From positions 4,628,694 to 4,692,693 of the forward strand of contig NMRA01000001.1 of assembly GCA_002633005.1 (NCBI GenBank): a stretch of 64,000 bases of DNA, written 5' to 3'. This document shows positions 14,220-26,496 of the stretch, piece by piece. The DNA comes from Phoronis australis. Lineage: Eukaryota; Animalia; Phoronida. The notes beneath the pieces are model-generated. The model saw nothing but the letters and a program-made list of their open reading frames with translations. It did not search any database and was not told the DNA's origin. Numbering within the stretch: the stretch's first letter is position 1; each line of letters begins with the position of its first letter. Made by a program: the position numbers and the translations under genes.

Positions 14220-14560
14220 ACACGGAATTCCGTGTGTGGGCATCAATGCGCATGCTTGGTCGGAAGTTTATCGATCACATCGCCACCACTTGCGCACGAC
14301 TTTTATGCACTATACTTGTTTGGGCTTCACCACGGGATCGGAGTTCCTTTGATTTTGTTTACTTCGATTACTGCCCGTTTTGATAAATTGCAACTATTCA
14401 AGTTAAAGGTGGTCGCCATACTACGTAACTGTAAACTAAAAGGGGTTTCCCAGATTTCAACCAATAGCAATGACTGAATGTTATGACGTCGGATTCATTA
14501 CTTTAACCAATGAGAAGCCATGATAAACAACATTCTACAGTGCTACCTTTCGTAGCACTG
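14220..14560 (+). repeat. Dispersed repeat family B (other copies about 54270-54810 and 55407-55920)
   Basis: aattccgtgtg(t/c)gggcatcaatg...gtttatcgatcacatcgcca...ggtttcccagatttcaacc...atgagaagccatgataa is shared between copies. Confidence 0.85.
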
Positions 14561-15280
14561 TGAAAAAGCGTTATCGACTTCCCTTCGTGCACGCCAGACA
14601 AGTTCCCGACTATACTGACTTCCTTGTTTGGAACACGTGAGTTTAAGTACCACTATAGGTGTCGCTTTGTGAAGTAACACCAGTATCCGCGGACACTGAG
14701 AGTTCAAATGTGTTACCGCAACCCAGCGGACATTAGCATGGAAATAAAAGTAAAAGATCATTAGAGTTGTAATGAGCTGGGGGACCAGTCTGTGCCCCGC
14801 CTGTTGTTGAGTTAATCTACGTTATTTCTATGACAAATCATGAACCAACAACAGATCAGAGCCGTCAAGTCTCTGCTATTTCACTAGTCTAACTTTCTAT
14901 AGGTTTTTACAGTTTGCTTCGTGGAATACCCGTCATCCGGCCAGGACACCTGCTGGCTGAAAAATTGTTGTACGTTCTGTGCTTTCATTGCTTGGTTTCA
15001 TTCTGCTGATGATGACCGGCATCCCATAATCTTCATCATTGTAATATGTATCTGTCTGTGCTTAAAAAGGTGTGGAACGGGTTGCCCGGCCACGGTAATA
15101 TATATTGACATAACCTGAACACTGTTGTCTTTGATTTTAGACTGGTCACCTCATGTAACATAATCAAGTTTTGTTATTTATATGTAGCCTAAGACACTTT
15201 TGATTTGTTGATTTTAAGTCATATTTTATTTATGAAATCAAAAGACACTGGCGCATATTTTATATTTCTGTCTGTGTATC

Positions 15281-15321
15281 TCCCTCCCTCCCTCCCTCCC
15301 TCCCTCTCTCTCTCTCTCTCT
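15281..15321. repeat. (CCCT)n(CT)n microsatellite at a contig join (N at 15323)
   Basis: Directly visible. Confidence 0.9.
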
Positions 15322-16539
15322 AANCTTGTCACAAATTCGTCTCTGTGCTCTGATTCAGGTGAATAGTGAATCAGTTGTAGCGACCTGTCGCGGACTATGC
15401 TTGCTTTAGAATGAAAAGTTTCAACTGGCAGCTGTTAATGCTGTCCATATGTTTTCCATATCAATATTTCTTTCCTGTTACGGAATCGTTTTTGTTCGCG
15501 ATTGACCATTATAAAGTCGGTCGGTTTTATTTTAATCGCTGACAAAAGATGGCACTATAATAGAAGGCATGGCAACTCAATCATGCGACAACTCCGTGTT
15601 GACAGACATTATCGCCCAGAGGTACACGTATCACAGATGTTAAACAAACAATATCCAGTCTAACTACCTGCTTTGACTCGATATTTTCTTTAAAACGGCA
15701 TTAAATCCATTATTTCTATAAAAATCAAGCTTTGAAGTTAGGATACTCACCTTTATGAAATTGGTATCAAGTTGTTACTTAGTCGAACTAGGTGTGATTT
15801 CTGGTCTTGGAAACAACGTTCTTCAGACAAACCTTTGAACTTCAGGTGACGACATGACCTGGAATTTTACGAGCTTCTTAATGAAAAAATAACGATCTAT
15901 CAGTTCTTTTCGAGTCCAGAGGTCGTTTCTAAAATTAGTAAGGAACAAGACCAATTTTATAACCACCGGTGACCAAAACCAAAGCTCTTTTTTGACAGAA
16001 AGCATGGGTTTTAAAGCCGCTTTAAGATTTCAAACAACAGAACATTATATTTAAACTATACACATCCGTTTTTACACATGAATACTTAGATAACTTCAGT
16101 TACGTTGTTAGCAGCTGAAATATTAACACATAGAATTAAAGATTGCGTATACTTAGAGTATAGAGGTCTGCCATACTTCTAGATCAATCTTAATTTAATC
16201 ACAAAGCAAAAATTTCTTGATTTTACTTCCAGCATGTACGTCTGCTGACTGTACTCGTTTGTGCCTTATCACTGAGCTTGAAGATTGCAATTGCACTTCC
16301 TGAACTACTGCCAAAACTATTCGCAACACTAAGAATTTTACTGCAGTAGGTTAAAAGTTTTTCAATGCCGAAACGTTTTCTTTGGTACAGCTAGACAGTA
16401 TGAAAGTCGTAGCATTTCCTGTCCGAATAACACAAGGAAGCTGAGATTGGGACACGAAGTAAGTGGCGCCATCGCTGAGATTAGAAAATATCATAGTTGC
16501 GAAATGTCTATGATACGCTGGTACGCTAGCGTAGAAGCG

Positions 16540-17287
16540 TCCTACATACTGACATTGAGTGACAAATCACGTCATCATTTTCTCGTGCCGGGTAACCTAC
16601 AGCGGCCTCCTCTCTGACACCATATGGCAGATGACATCGTGTCCTTGTTATAGCATAGAGAATGACAGCAACATCTTGAGATAATATACAGCGCCCTACA
16701 CCCCGATGGCACTATCTCCTTGATATAATATGCAGGGTCCTACACCCTGACACTGAATGACTAATGGCACCATCTCCTTGAGAGAGTTCGGCGTTCTACA
16801 CCCTGACACTGAATGACTGATGGCAATATCTCATTGGTATAATATGCAGGGTCCTACATCCTGTCTTCGAATGACTGATGACACTATCTTCTTGAGATAA
16901 TATGCTGCGTCCTAAACCCTTACACTGAATGATTGATGGCACCATCTCCTTGAGACAGTATGCGGCGTCGTACACCCGGCCTGACATTGAATGACTGATG
17001 ACACCATCTCCTTCAGTGAGATAATATGAAGTGTCCTACACTCTGTGGCGCTGAATAACGAATAAATTCATCTCCTTCTGATAACATGCATCGTCCTTCG
17101 CTCAGACACTGAACGGATGGCATCATCTCCATGTGATAGCATGCAGTGCCCTTCACTCTGTCAAAGAATGACGGACGTCATCATCTCCTTATGTTAACAT
17201 GCATCGTCCTTCACTTTGACACTAAATGACGGATGTCACCATTTCCTGGTGATATCATGGAACGTCCTTCACAATGAATCGTGTGTC
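16540..17287. repeat. Degenerate minisatellite, unit about 58 bp, running into the assembly gap
   Basis: About a dozen units resembling ctacaccctgacactgaatgactgatggcaccatctccttgagataatatgcagcgtc. Confidence 0.9.
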
Positions 17288-17918
17288 NNNNNNNNNNNNN
17301 NNNNNNNNNNNNNNNNNNNNNNNNNNNNNNNNNNNNNNNNNNNNNNNNNNNNNNNNNNNNNNNNNNNNNNNNNNNNNNNNNNNNNNNNNNNNNNNNNNNN
17401 NNNNNNNNNNNNNNNNNNNNNNNNNNNNNNNNNNNNNNNNNNNNNNNNNNNNNNNNNNNNNNNNNNNNNNNNNNNNNNNNNNNNNNNNNNNNNNNNNNNN
17501 NNNNNNNNNNNNNNNNNNNNNNNNNNNNNNNNNNNNNNNNNNNNNNNNNNNNNNNNNNNNNNNNNNNNNNNNNNNNNNNNNNNNNNNNNNNNNNNNNNNN
17601 NNNNNNNNNNNNNNNNNNNNNNNNNNNNNNNNNNNNNNNNNNNNNNNNNNNNNNNNNNNNNNNNNNNNNNNNNNNNNNNNNNNNNNNNNNNNNNNNNNNN
17701 NNNNNNNNNNNNNNNNNNNNNNNNNNNNNNNNNNNNNNNNNNNNNNNNNNNNNNNNNNNNNNNNNNNNNNNNNNNNNNNNNNNNNNNNNNNNNNNNNNNN
17801 NNNNNNNNNNNNNNNNNNNNNNNNNNNNNNNNNNNNNNNNNNNNNNNNNNNNNNNNNNNNNNNNNNNNNNNNNNNNNNNNNNNNNNNNNNNNNNNNNNNN
17901 NNNNNNNNNNNNNNNNNN
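17288..17918. other. Assembly gap (631 N)
   Basis: Run of N. Confidence 1.
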
Positions 17919-18880
17919 GAGAATAAGGGTTATATTTAGCGTTAGGGTTAGCGATAGGGTTAGGGTTAGCGTCAGGGTTAGGCTAAGGGTTAGAGTTAGC
18001 ATTAGGGTAAGCGCTAGGGTTAGGGTTATTACACCTAGTGTTAGGGATGGCGTTAGAGTTAGGGTTAGATTTAGCGTTAAAGTTAGCATTAGAGTTAAGT
18101 TCAAGGTTAGCATAAGGGTTAGGTTAGGGTTAGCGTTAGAGTTAGGGTTCACGTTATGGTTATTGTTAGGGCTAGAGTTAAGGATAGGGTTAGGGTTGGG
18201 GTTACGGTTAGGTTTACAGTTAGCATTAGGGTGAGGGTTATGGTTAGGGTTAGCGTTAGCGATGGAGTTAGGGTTAGTGTTGGCATTAGGGTTAGCACTA
18301 TTGTTAACGTTAGTGTTAGCGTTGATGTTAGAGTTCGGGTTAGATTTACAATAAGGGTTATGTTCAGTTAGGGTTAGGGCCAGGACCGGGGCCAGAGCCA
18401 GGGAATAAATTAGGTTTAGGGTTAGAGTTAAGGTTAGGGTTAGCGCTAGGGTTAGGGTACGGGTTGATGTTAGGGTTAGCGTTGAGGTTAGGTTAGGGTT
18501 GGAGTTAGGGTTAGGGTTTAGGGCTAGAACTAGGCTAGAGCTACGGCTGGTGCTAGGGCTAGGGCTAGGCTCAGGGTCAGGGTTAGGTTTGGTGTTAGGG
18601 TTCGGTTAGGGTTAGGTTCAGGATTAGGCTTAGGGTTAGTGTTAGAGTTAAGGTTAATGTTAGCGTTAGGGTTAGAGTTAGTTTCAGCGTTAAGGCGTTA
18701 GGGTTAAGGTTAGCGTTAGTTTTAGCGTTGGCGTTAGGGTTAGGGTGGTTAGGGTTAGGGTTATAGTTAGGTTTAGTGTTAGGGTTAGGCTTAGGGTTAA
18801 TATTAGCGTTAGGGTTAGGTTTAGGGTAAACGATAGGGTTAGGGCTAGCGATAGTGTAAGGCTTAGGAATGGGTGGGTTA
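17919..18880 (+). repeat. Degenerate interstitial telomere-like (TTAGGG)n array
   Basis: About 960 bp of hexamers TTAGGG/TTAGCG/TTAGAG/CTAGGG/TCAGGG, G-rich on the + strand. Confidence 0.92.
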
Positions 18881-21800
18881 TAGTTTCGTTTATTTTCGAG
18901 AGTGAAAAGTTGTTTTAAGATTTCTGTTTGGTGATAAAAGTTCACTTGATGAGGATCGTGATTTGAAGAGGTACAACTTGAAAGGGTGCGGTTCCGGCGT
19001 CCCTGTTATCCTAGTTTTTAGTGAGGGCCCTTAGAGACAGCAAAAGATGCAGAACTGCCCAAATTCCATCATCTTACGTCACAATTCAGAGGTTTATTTC
19101 AGATTGATAAAATCACTTAGTGCACTCTGTTGTTTGCGATAAAGATATTTTTCGAATTTCAGACTGCATGAAAGTTCACTGAAGCCTCGTCAATTTCTTG
19201 GAAAGCTAGCGTATAATAGAAAAACTGTCTATGAATCAGTCTATTTTCGTAGATACATCAACATGTTACCCTTACAGGTTACCGGAAGAAAATAACATTG
19301 AAACGTTAGACCATCACACCGCAATACGGGGTCGAGACACACACTGCCCGCCAAATTGCACGACTTTTTCAAATCTGTTGCAATTCAGTGTGGAGTAGTT
19401 AGACAATTTCAAAAAGGATGTGCGTAGAAATATATGTGTGAGAGCATCCCACGGGGGTTAGGTGACCCTCCTAGAACATTTCAGAGTGAATTCCAGCTCA
19501 TTCATTGATAGCCTTTTAGGGTTTATAAGTGAAATTTGCACTCCAAACATCGCAAAAATCTTAGTTTATCGTTGCCAGTATTGCATATGCACTGAAACAC
19601 ATTAACTCGTTAGACATGTGTGTGCACTGAACACGGTCATCTAAAAATCATCCTCGTGGCAGTACGATCGACACATCCAGTTTTGTACAAGTACCTCCCG
19701 CTTCATCAATAATACTTTCTTAATAACGATCTTCCTAAGACATATTTCCTCTTGGAAGTCTTTGGTAGTTTTATCTTGATGAAACGAGAATATTGCTTTT
19801 GTGTCATTCACAAATGGAGGTCTTCAAGTTCTTTTTGTTTTTCGATTCAATGCTATTGGTTTCTCAGTTACTATTACAGCATGATCACGTGTTACGTTGT
19901 TTGGCATGACTTGAGCTGCTTTGCATGAACATATAATTAGTGACCAATTTCAAAATGTTACCTACTTCCCATAATGGACAGTACGTTATTGTGATGTCAC
20001 GGGGGTTGGGGACATAACGAGGCCATGGACCCCTGCTTATGTTCATTGCAACTGCCTCCAGACTGCCTGTTGAATACACCTGACTACAACCTCAGTCGGT
20101 AATATGTTTCTTTTTGTAGTTGTTTTGAATCACACCACAAACGATCAGCCTCAGTAGAAATAGTCGCCTCGTGTTCAATTTGTATCGCCCAAAGTGGTTA
20201 TTGAGTCTTCTATAAATAGTTCCCGTACTTTTAATTTTCGCCGTGAAATCGCCATTCATTATCGCATATCGATGAGTAAAGAGCCATTCATTATCGTATA
20301 CCGATGATTAAAGATATTCAAACATCTTTAACTTGACAAAGAGTAAATTAGAAAATCGTCCTGAAATCCTCCATGACTTGCGAGATTCTTGCATCTACGG
20401 AACGCAATCAGAGCGACTCCAACTTAACTTGAAGTTTGCTTAATTACCACCGCGTCAGCATAGGTGGCGCCAGTCTTGAAAGGATTTTTTTAAGAAAATT
20501 CTGGCAAGATTTTAAAAAATCTTTGTGAGATTTTCCAAAATATTGATAAGATTTTGAGAAAACCTTGGCAAGAATTTTTGGATGATCTTAAACATATTGG
20601 GATGATTTTCAAAATTATTGGCCTCGTTTTTATTCTTGACGAGTTTATTATCGTTTTGAAGAGAAAACGGTCTTCATTTATAGTCACTTGGTATTCGATA
20701 TTACTCCCTGAATTCGAATTTATGGTCACAATCGCCAAATGGAACGTTTCTAGGAGCCGTTCTGAATACTCCAGCTAGAATTCATTTAACATTCAGCGAT
20801 TGAATTTCCATTTCTATGAAGACATCAGTTTTGCAAGTATTCACTCTGAGGATGACCTCGCCTTACTATGGACTCTCTAAGCAACAAATCGCCTTTGGGC
20901 GCACTGTAATTGGATTGCTCAACCGATTTACTTTTTAATTGATAAAATGTAGCGTCCGAAACAGAGTGTATGGAAACAGTGATCTGTGAGTAATAGATTG
21001 GATATAAATACACTGCCCAAACTGCAATTGCCTTAATTTTTGTCTTAAACATGCAAATTATAGGTCATCTCACCAAATTGATCTCAAATTGTTACTTATA
21101 GTCAAATTATTGGGAATTTCAGGGCTTTGAAAGAGCTTTGCGTTAAAGTTCGTTATTGCTCGAGGTCAGGCTTTATACGTTGGCCTGGGACGATGGGTTA
21201 CCGCATAGCTCATTGCAAATCCAGAAATCCCTTCTCATCTGAGCAAGGAATAAGTTGAGACCAACTTGCGGTAAGTGGTCTAGTAAACACAATGTTCTCT
21301 TCTCTGACGGTGCGAGGGTTTAGTTCGGATGTTTAGAGATGACAAATCTGCCACGCAATTTGGACCCTCGAATAGAAATGCATTGTCACATCACATTTTC
21401 AACAATTTTGCACGTCTTTTGGATTTTTTTTTTCGATTCAGGTATCTACGGGGGTATTTAGCACTTGAAATTTTACATTTTGTGTTTGGATTAAGTGAGT
21501 ATGCCACCGTGGAGTTCAGAAGGATAAGGACTGGCTAGGTCCTTCGCCTGGTAATAATTTTCGAAGTGCATAGAAATTTACAGTATTACATAAATCTCAC
21601 CTAATTATTATTATTAATTTTAATTTTGGCATTGTTATTTTATTTGACTGGGTCCTAAACGTCAAAATGACGCCACTCTAAACAAGCGATGTCCTCAAAA
21701 TGATCATAATAATGATAACCGTAATATTAACAGGATACTGAATACCTTGATTTTTCGCACAACCTAGATGTGAACACAGGAAGCTTACATCGCCTTCTAT

Positions 21801-22329
21801 TTTAGAAACTCTTCAAAATATTTAGTCAACCATGGCGACGACATTTGACGACTGGCTTGGATGACAGGTCACGTGGAGTTATTAATTACATAGATAACGA
21901 AGCGAACAAAGAACAGATGATGTCACGTGAATTCATAGTTAGCAATGGAATGCTAGAGACAAATAAAAATAACCACTGTCTACCGCAAATGTCATCTTCG
22001 TTCTACTGCATTGCAGATGGTTGGTAGCCAATAAAAATAGGATGATACGCTACCGTAATGCTACGCTGATAAATGAGCTCAACATTCAATGATCACATAA
22101 TTGTCCAAGAGGATTAATTTCCTTCTTTTGGTATCGTTTCCTCTCACCCACTGAAATATTGGTGCTATTAGATTACACTAAGAAGGACGCACTCCGTTTT
22201 TCGATTTAATGTGATCAATGTCAGTGCAGGAAACGCGGAAGGATATCTTGTCGACGGCAGCACAAAAGAGTGTCGGTCGATTGCCCATTCACTTGGCTCC
22301 ACGTCGTCTGCATCAACAGCGGTCTCACT

Positions 22330-22332
22330 ATG
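22330..22332 (+). CDS. CaM: Calmodulin exon 1 coding part (ATG only)
   Basis: ctcactATG|gtaaga is a strong donor preceded by a CpG-rich leader. Metazoan calmodulin genes have an intron directly after the ATG. Best candidate upstream of exon 2, but inferred. Confidence 0.65.
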
Positions 22333-25300
22333 GTAAGACGGTTACTTTATTTTATTCCACAGCTAGTAACAACCCAATCCTTTAACGTCTTCGTTTTGTT
22401 TGTTTTGAAGCATCGTCTTAGAGAATAGCTTAGATGGCTTTTCGTTGTTCCTTCGTTTATTTTGATGGCATCACGACTCACTACATCTCCTAGTGCAAGC
22501 AACAAAGTTCTACTTTTCGGTTTTCTTTCTAGAAGCTCCATACGGATTTACACGTATAATATGTTATCAACTTGGTTTCCACTAACAAACACTGACAAAA
22601 ATGAGCACCATGAACAACACTCACCTACACTGAGTAGAAAAACTCGTCAAAAGAATGTTGGTGTGGGTGAGTGTGTTATTGACCTCCGAGTCTTAACTTG
22701 ATTAATACTTTTTGAGCTCAATAAACCGGGATATTTGGGTTTTCTATCAACTCGAGGGCAATCGATCACCTCGCGATCGCAGTAATCGTCATGCCGGTTC
22801 TGCATATATGACTTGGCGCTGTGCAAAGCAACTTTGACATTGTTCGAAATCAAGTGGTGTTTTTAATTTTGTGGTCGAGGTGATGGTGGTTGCAGTTCTG
22901 TTTCCAAAATACTCGCCAATAATTCGAAGCAGATGTTTCAAGGTTGGCATCACGATTGCCAAGGGGAGTCCATTCATAGCACTATGTACATTATAATGTA
23001 ATCACTCCCATGTGATTATTAATGCATGAGTTTGTCAGCTGAAGTCTGCAGGTAAACTATTGACAAAGTTTCCTTCGCCTGACCACCCGAAGCGCATTTG
23101 CGCGTGCGAAATGAGCAGTCTAATTAGACTGACAACTAGTGTTTTCCAATAAAATTCCTGTGTGTTGTGTCATCCGGGCTACAGATATAACCGTGTCCCT
23201 CAGCTGGTCTGAGATACGAATGCTTGGTTAGTCCCCATGGAGTCTTAGAACTACATGATAAAACGCTCGGTTCTGCCGCGGCCATCCATCTTGCCGGCTT
23301 GCAAATGATAAACATGCAGGGATTCATTTGTTTGCAAGGTGTTCAGTCAGCTCCTCGTTTGTGGCGGGGGGAGTTGAGGTATTTGGCGGACCACGCAAGT
23401 TCCGAAGGCGATACAAGGCGGACCCTCATCACCCTCTCAGTCTCGATCTTTGTTCAGTTGGAAATATTTCGATTTTTTTAGTCTTTATGTCTATCGTCCG
23501 GAACTACCACCCTTTGAATGCCGAATTCCGAGAATTTTCTCTTCCACATGAGTAAGATCAGTGTCACTTTTGCTTGCTGCAATCGATAAAATTACTTTAT
23601 GCAAATGAGTTCATTTCTACCCAACGTCTTGATTCACTTCACCAGAACGAAAACATTAGTTGCTTTTAGAGTGACTGTTAATCGATCGCGCGCCGGGCAA
23701 GTGGTCGCCAGTGACTTCGGCTCAGATCAAGGCTACTAAGATCACAGATGATAACAAGATAAGCATGCTGACGGCAAACCAAATAATATCAAATTGATTT
23801 CATCTTGAAGAAGCAACTTAATAACCGGCTTTCTCAGGTATACTGGCTTAGCTACACTTTTGGGTGCATGAAGTTTGTTGTGTGATAGAGGCCCCTCGTA
23901 ACCAGCAAAAGATTGGAGCATAAAACGTTCACCCGGCCCCACGTCGCCATTAATTTCAACAATTCTCCCATCCCCGGGGTCATCTCACTCCAGCCGGCTT
24001 GCCGGGTGGCCAGCACTCGGTCACTGTCGCTTCCCTCTATACTCTCGTGGCTGCAAGTGTACTCACGTCTTTTGAAACGAAAGGCTGGATTGTTATGATG
24101 CACTGTCGTTGCAGGCGTGGCGTGCTCCCGATTTTGTGTGGAGCCCAGGGGCAGATCCAGAAATTTGAACTAAGGCGGCCAAGACCACTGAGCCAGTACG
24201 TGAGGTCAACATGTGCAAAACATGTGCATCTTGCAATGCAAGCGCCACAGACAGTGAATGATGAATAAAATTGGCAACTTAAACTCGTATCACACTTGTC
24301 AGTTGCTCGACACTCTTTCGACTTCCTTTTTTTTTTGCTTTAAAGAGACATTATCGGGTTTAAGGCCGAGAAACGCATTTGGGGATTATTGTTGGTGAGG
24401 ATAGATATCTTGAAGTTATTGCCTTTCCGCCAGTTCTCGCCATTGTCTCCCAGAAATCCCGTGTCACTGCGTGATACCTGCGTGCTGGCTAGGCACGTAG
24501 GGAACCAGCGAGAAATCAGGGAGGCTAATGAATATTGCAATGAATATTGTCTCTCGAATCACATGACCTGATTTATGAAAATCCTCCACTTCCTTTTGAA
24601 CTAGGTTTGGTGTTGTTGACAATTTAAGAAACTGACACGTTAGCTCTGGTCAAACGGGTAATTTTGTTGCTTTGCCAGTCTGGGCCTGGGGTCTAATCTT
24701 TTGCTCGAAATCGAACTCGAAGCTAATTTTAACGTTTTCAGTTTTACTTACAGTTCAAACTCAAGATTGTTGCCTAGTAGTCTGTGCTCGAGCGTATTGT
24801 GTTTTATGTGGATGATTATTTTCCACTTGTTGACCGCAGGAGTAAAAGCTATTAGTTCGAGCCTGAACTCCGATCGAAGTTTGAGTTTTTACTCGAAATC
24901 GTACTCGAAATAGACAGTGTCTATTTTTGTGTGGTTGGGTAGTTTACACGGTGTTAGATGAGTGTTTCGTTACAACTTGATGACAGTTACGTGTAGATTC
25001 GAGGTACAAACTCGAATTAAAAACCTTAATTCGAAACCTTGAGTTATCAATGGTCATCAATGTAAAAACGAAGATTAAACAGTTGTCCACGTCAACCATA
25101 ATGTATGGTAACACAGAATAAAAGACACATAATTACGCGGAGTTTGCGCAAGAATAGAATGTCAAAACAATCCTAGGCCATGATGATTGTTCTTTAATCT
25201 GAGTTAAAGATACATTTCGCTCTATTGTCACTTAATACCTATTGAGACCGATTTCAAAGGGTAAAAGGCCCAATTTGAATTTTGTTTCTTGCCCTAAACA

Positions 25301-26465
25301 GGGCGAAATGTGGGGCAAAGTAATAAATGCACTGCAGTTCGAAATCAATTATTAATAAATAGTTCGATATTTTTTTACTTAAACGCGGCCATTCAAAAGC
25401 GGGCATTAGTTCTGTCTGTTTCAAGAATTTTCTTGTTTCCCTGAAGAAAGTTCATTTTCCTTCAAAGCAGCTCACAAGACTACAATAACATTGTTACAGT
25501 AGTCACGCAACACCTACCTCTTTTCTACTTGCGGATCTTTGTGCCAGGAATGTTGTGTTAATTGAAGCACGTGATTTAGCTCAACCCTTTTAAACATTGA
25601 TTTGTTTTTCCATTAGTTTGATGCTGTTTCTTTTGAACAAGAATAGTCATGGTGCAAACTCAGCATCCAGGTTATAGCATCATTTTAGTGCATCGCGTTG
25701 AGTTGAAACTGGGCTAAAAAGAGTCATTTCGAAAATCCTGGATCCGTGGAGACACAAAAAACACAAGAATTTTAAGGGGTCATGACCCTTTTGGCCAACT
25801 CTAACTCCTCCACTGGCTCCTTCAACAGGGCATCTACTGTGGGCNATATTGGCCTAATTCGTTTTTACCATAACTCTTTCTTTAATGAATGACATATTTT
25901 CATCATTCAATGAACCATACCTTAACGCAGATAGTGCCTCCTGCCGGTCAAAATAATACAGATTCTAAAAGTTGGTTGAAAAGCAGATACGGACACGCCC
26001 CATTTGTCTAAGGTGTACCTGAATCTTCTGCACAATTTTAGAAGTGACCGTTTAGAAAACCAAGAGCCTGAAAATTTTATGTCAAAGAGCTTTTTAAACA
26101 TCAAGCAAATGTAAAACGTTGTGTCCGAATGCTCAGCCGACCCAGTGGCTTAGATTTAGATGCAACCGTAGCTCAATTCCCAACTCATTCCCACGTGGCC
26201 GTCCAATCAGGCGCGCTCCGCAGACGCAAGACACTGACGAATAAAGCTAGTGTAATTGCCTGCGTTGTCTTGGATTTCTGCGAGTTTCTTGCGTTACCTA
26301 ACGAGCCCGGTATTTGCGTAATCCAGGAGTCGTGACCTCACCAAGCACTCATCCCCGTTTCTATCGTAGAAGAGGTTCTCCAGTTTCAACAGCACAAAAT
26401 GACAATATTTGAAAATGCACAAGTTTGCAGCCACTAGGTAATAACGCACATTTCCATCTTTTCAG

Positions 26466-26496
26466 GCTGAACAGCTGACCGAAGAGCAAGTGGCCG
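26466..26496 (+). CDS. CaM: Calmodulin exon 2 (AEQLTEEQVA + G)
   Basis: ttttcag|GCTGAACAGCTGACCGAAGAGCAAGTGGCCG|gtaag; 31 nt, the canonical calmodulin exon-2 size. Not in the ORF track. Confidence 0.95.

Noticed and set aside
17919-18880. True chromosome end
   Set aside because: The repeats are highly degenerate and are followed by unique sequence and genes.
17211-18945. Long ORFs across the gap and the telomere-like array
   Set aside because: Artefacts of the N run and hexamer periodicity (LTLTL, VRVRV, PNPNP).
26399-26441. ATGs just upstream of calmodulin exon 2 as the start codon
   Set aside because: ATG 26399 hits TAG, and the in-frame ATG 26415 hits TAA before exon 2.
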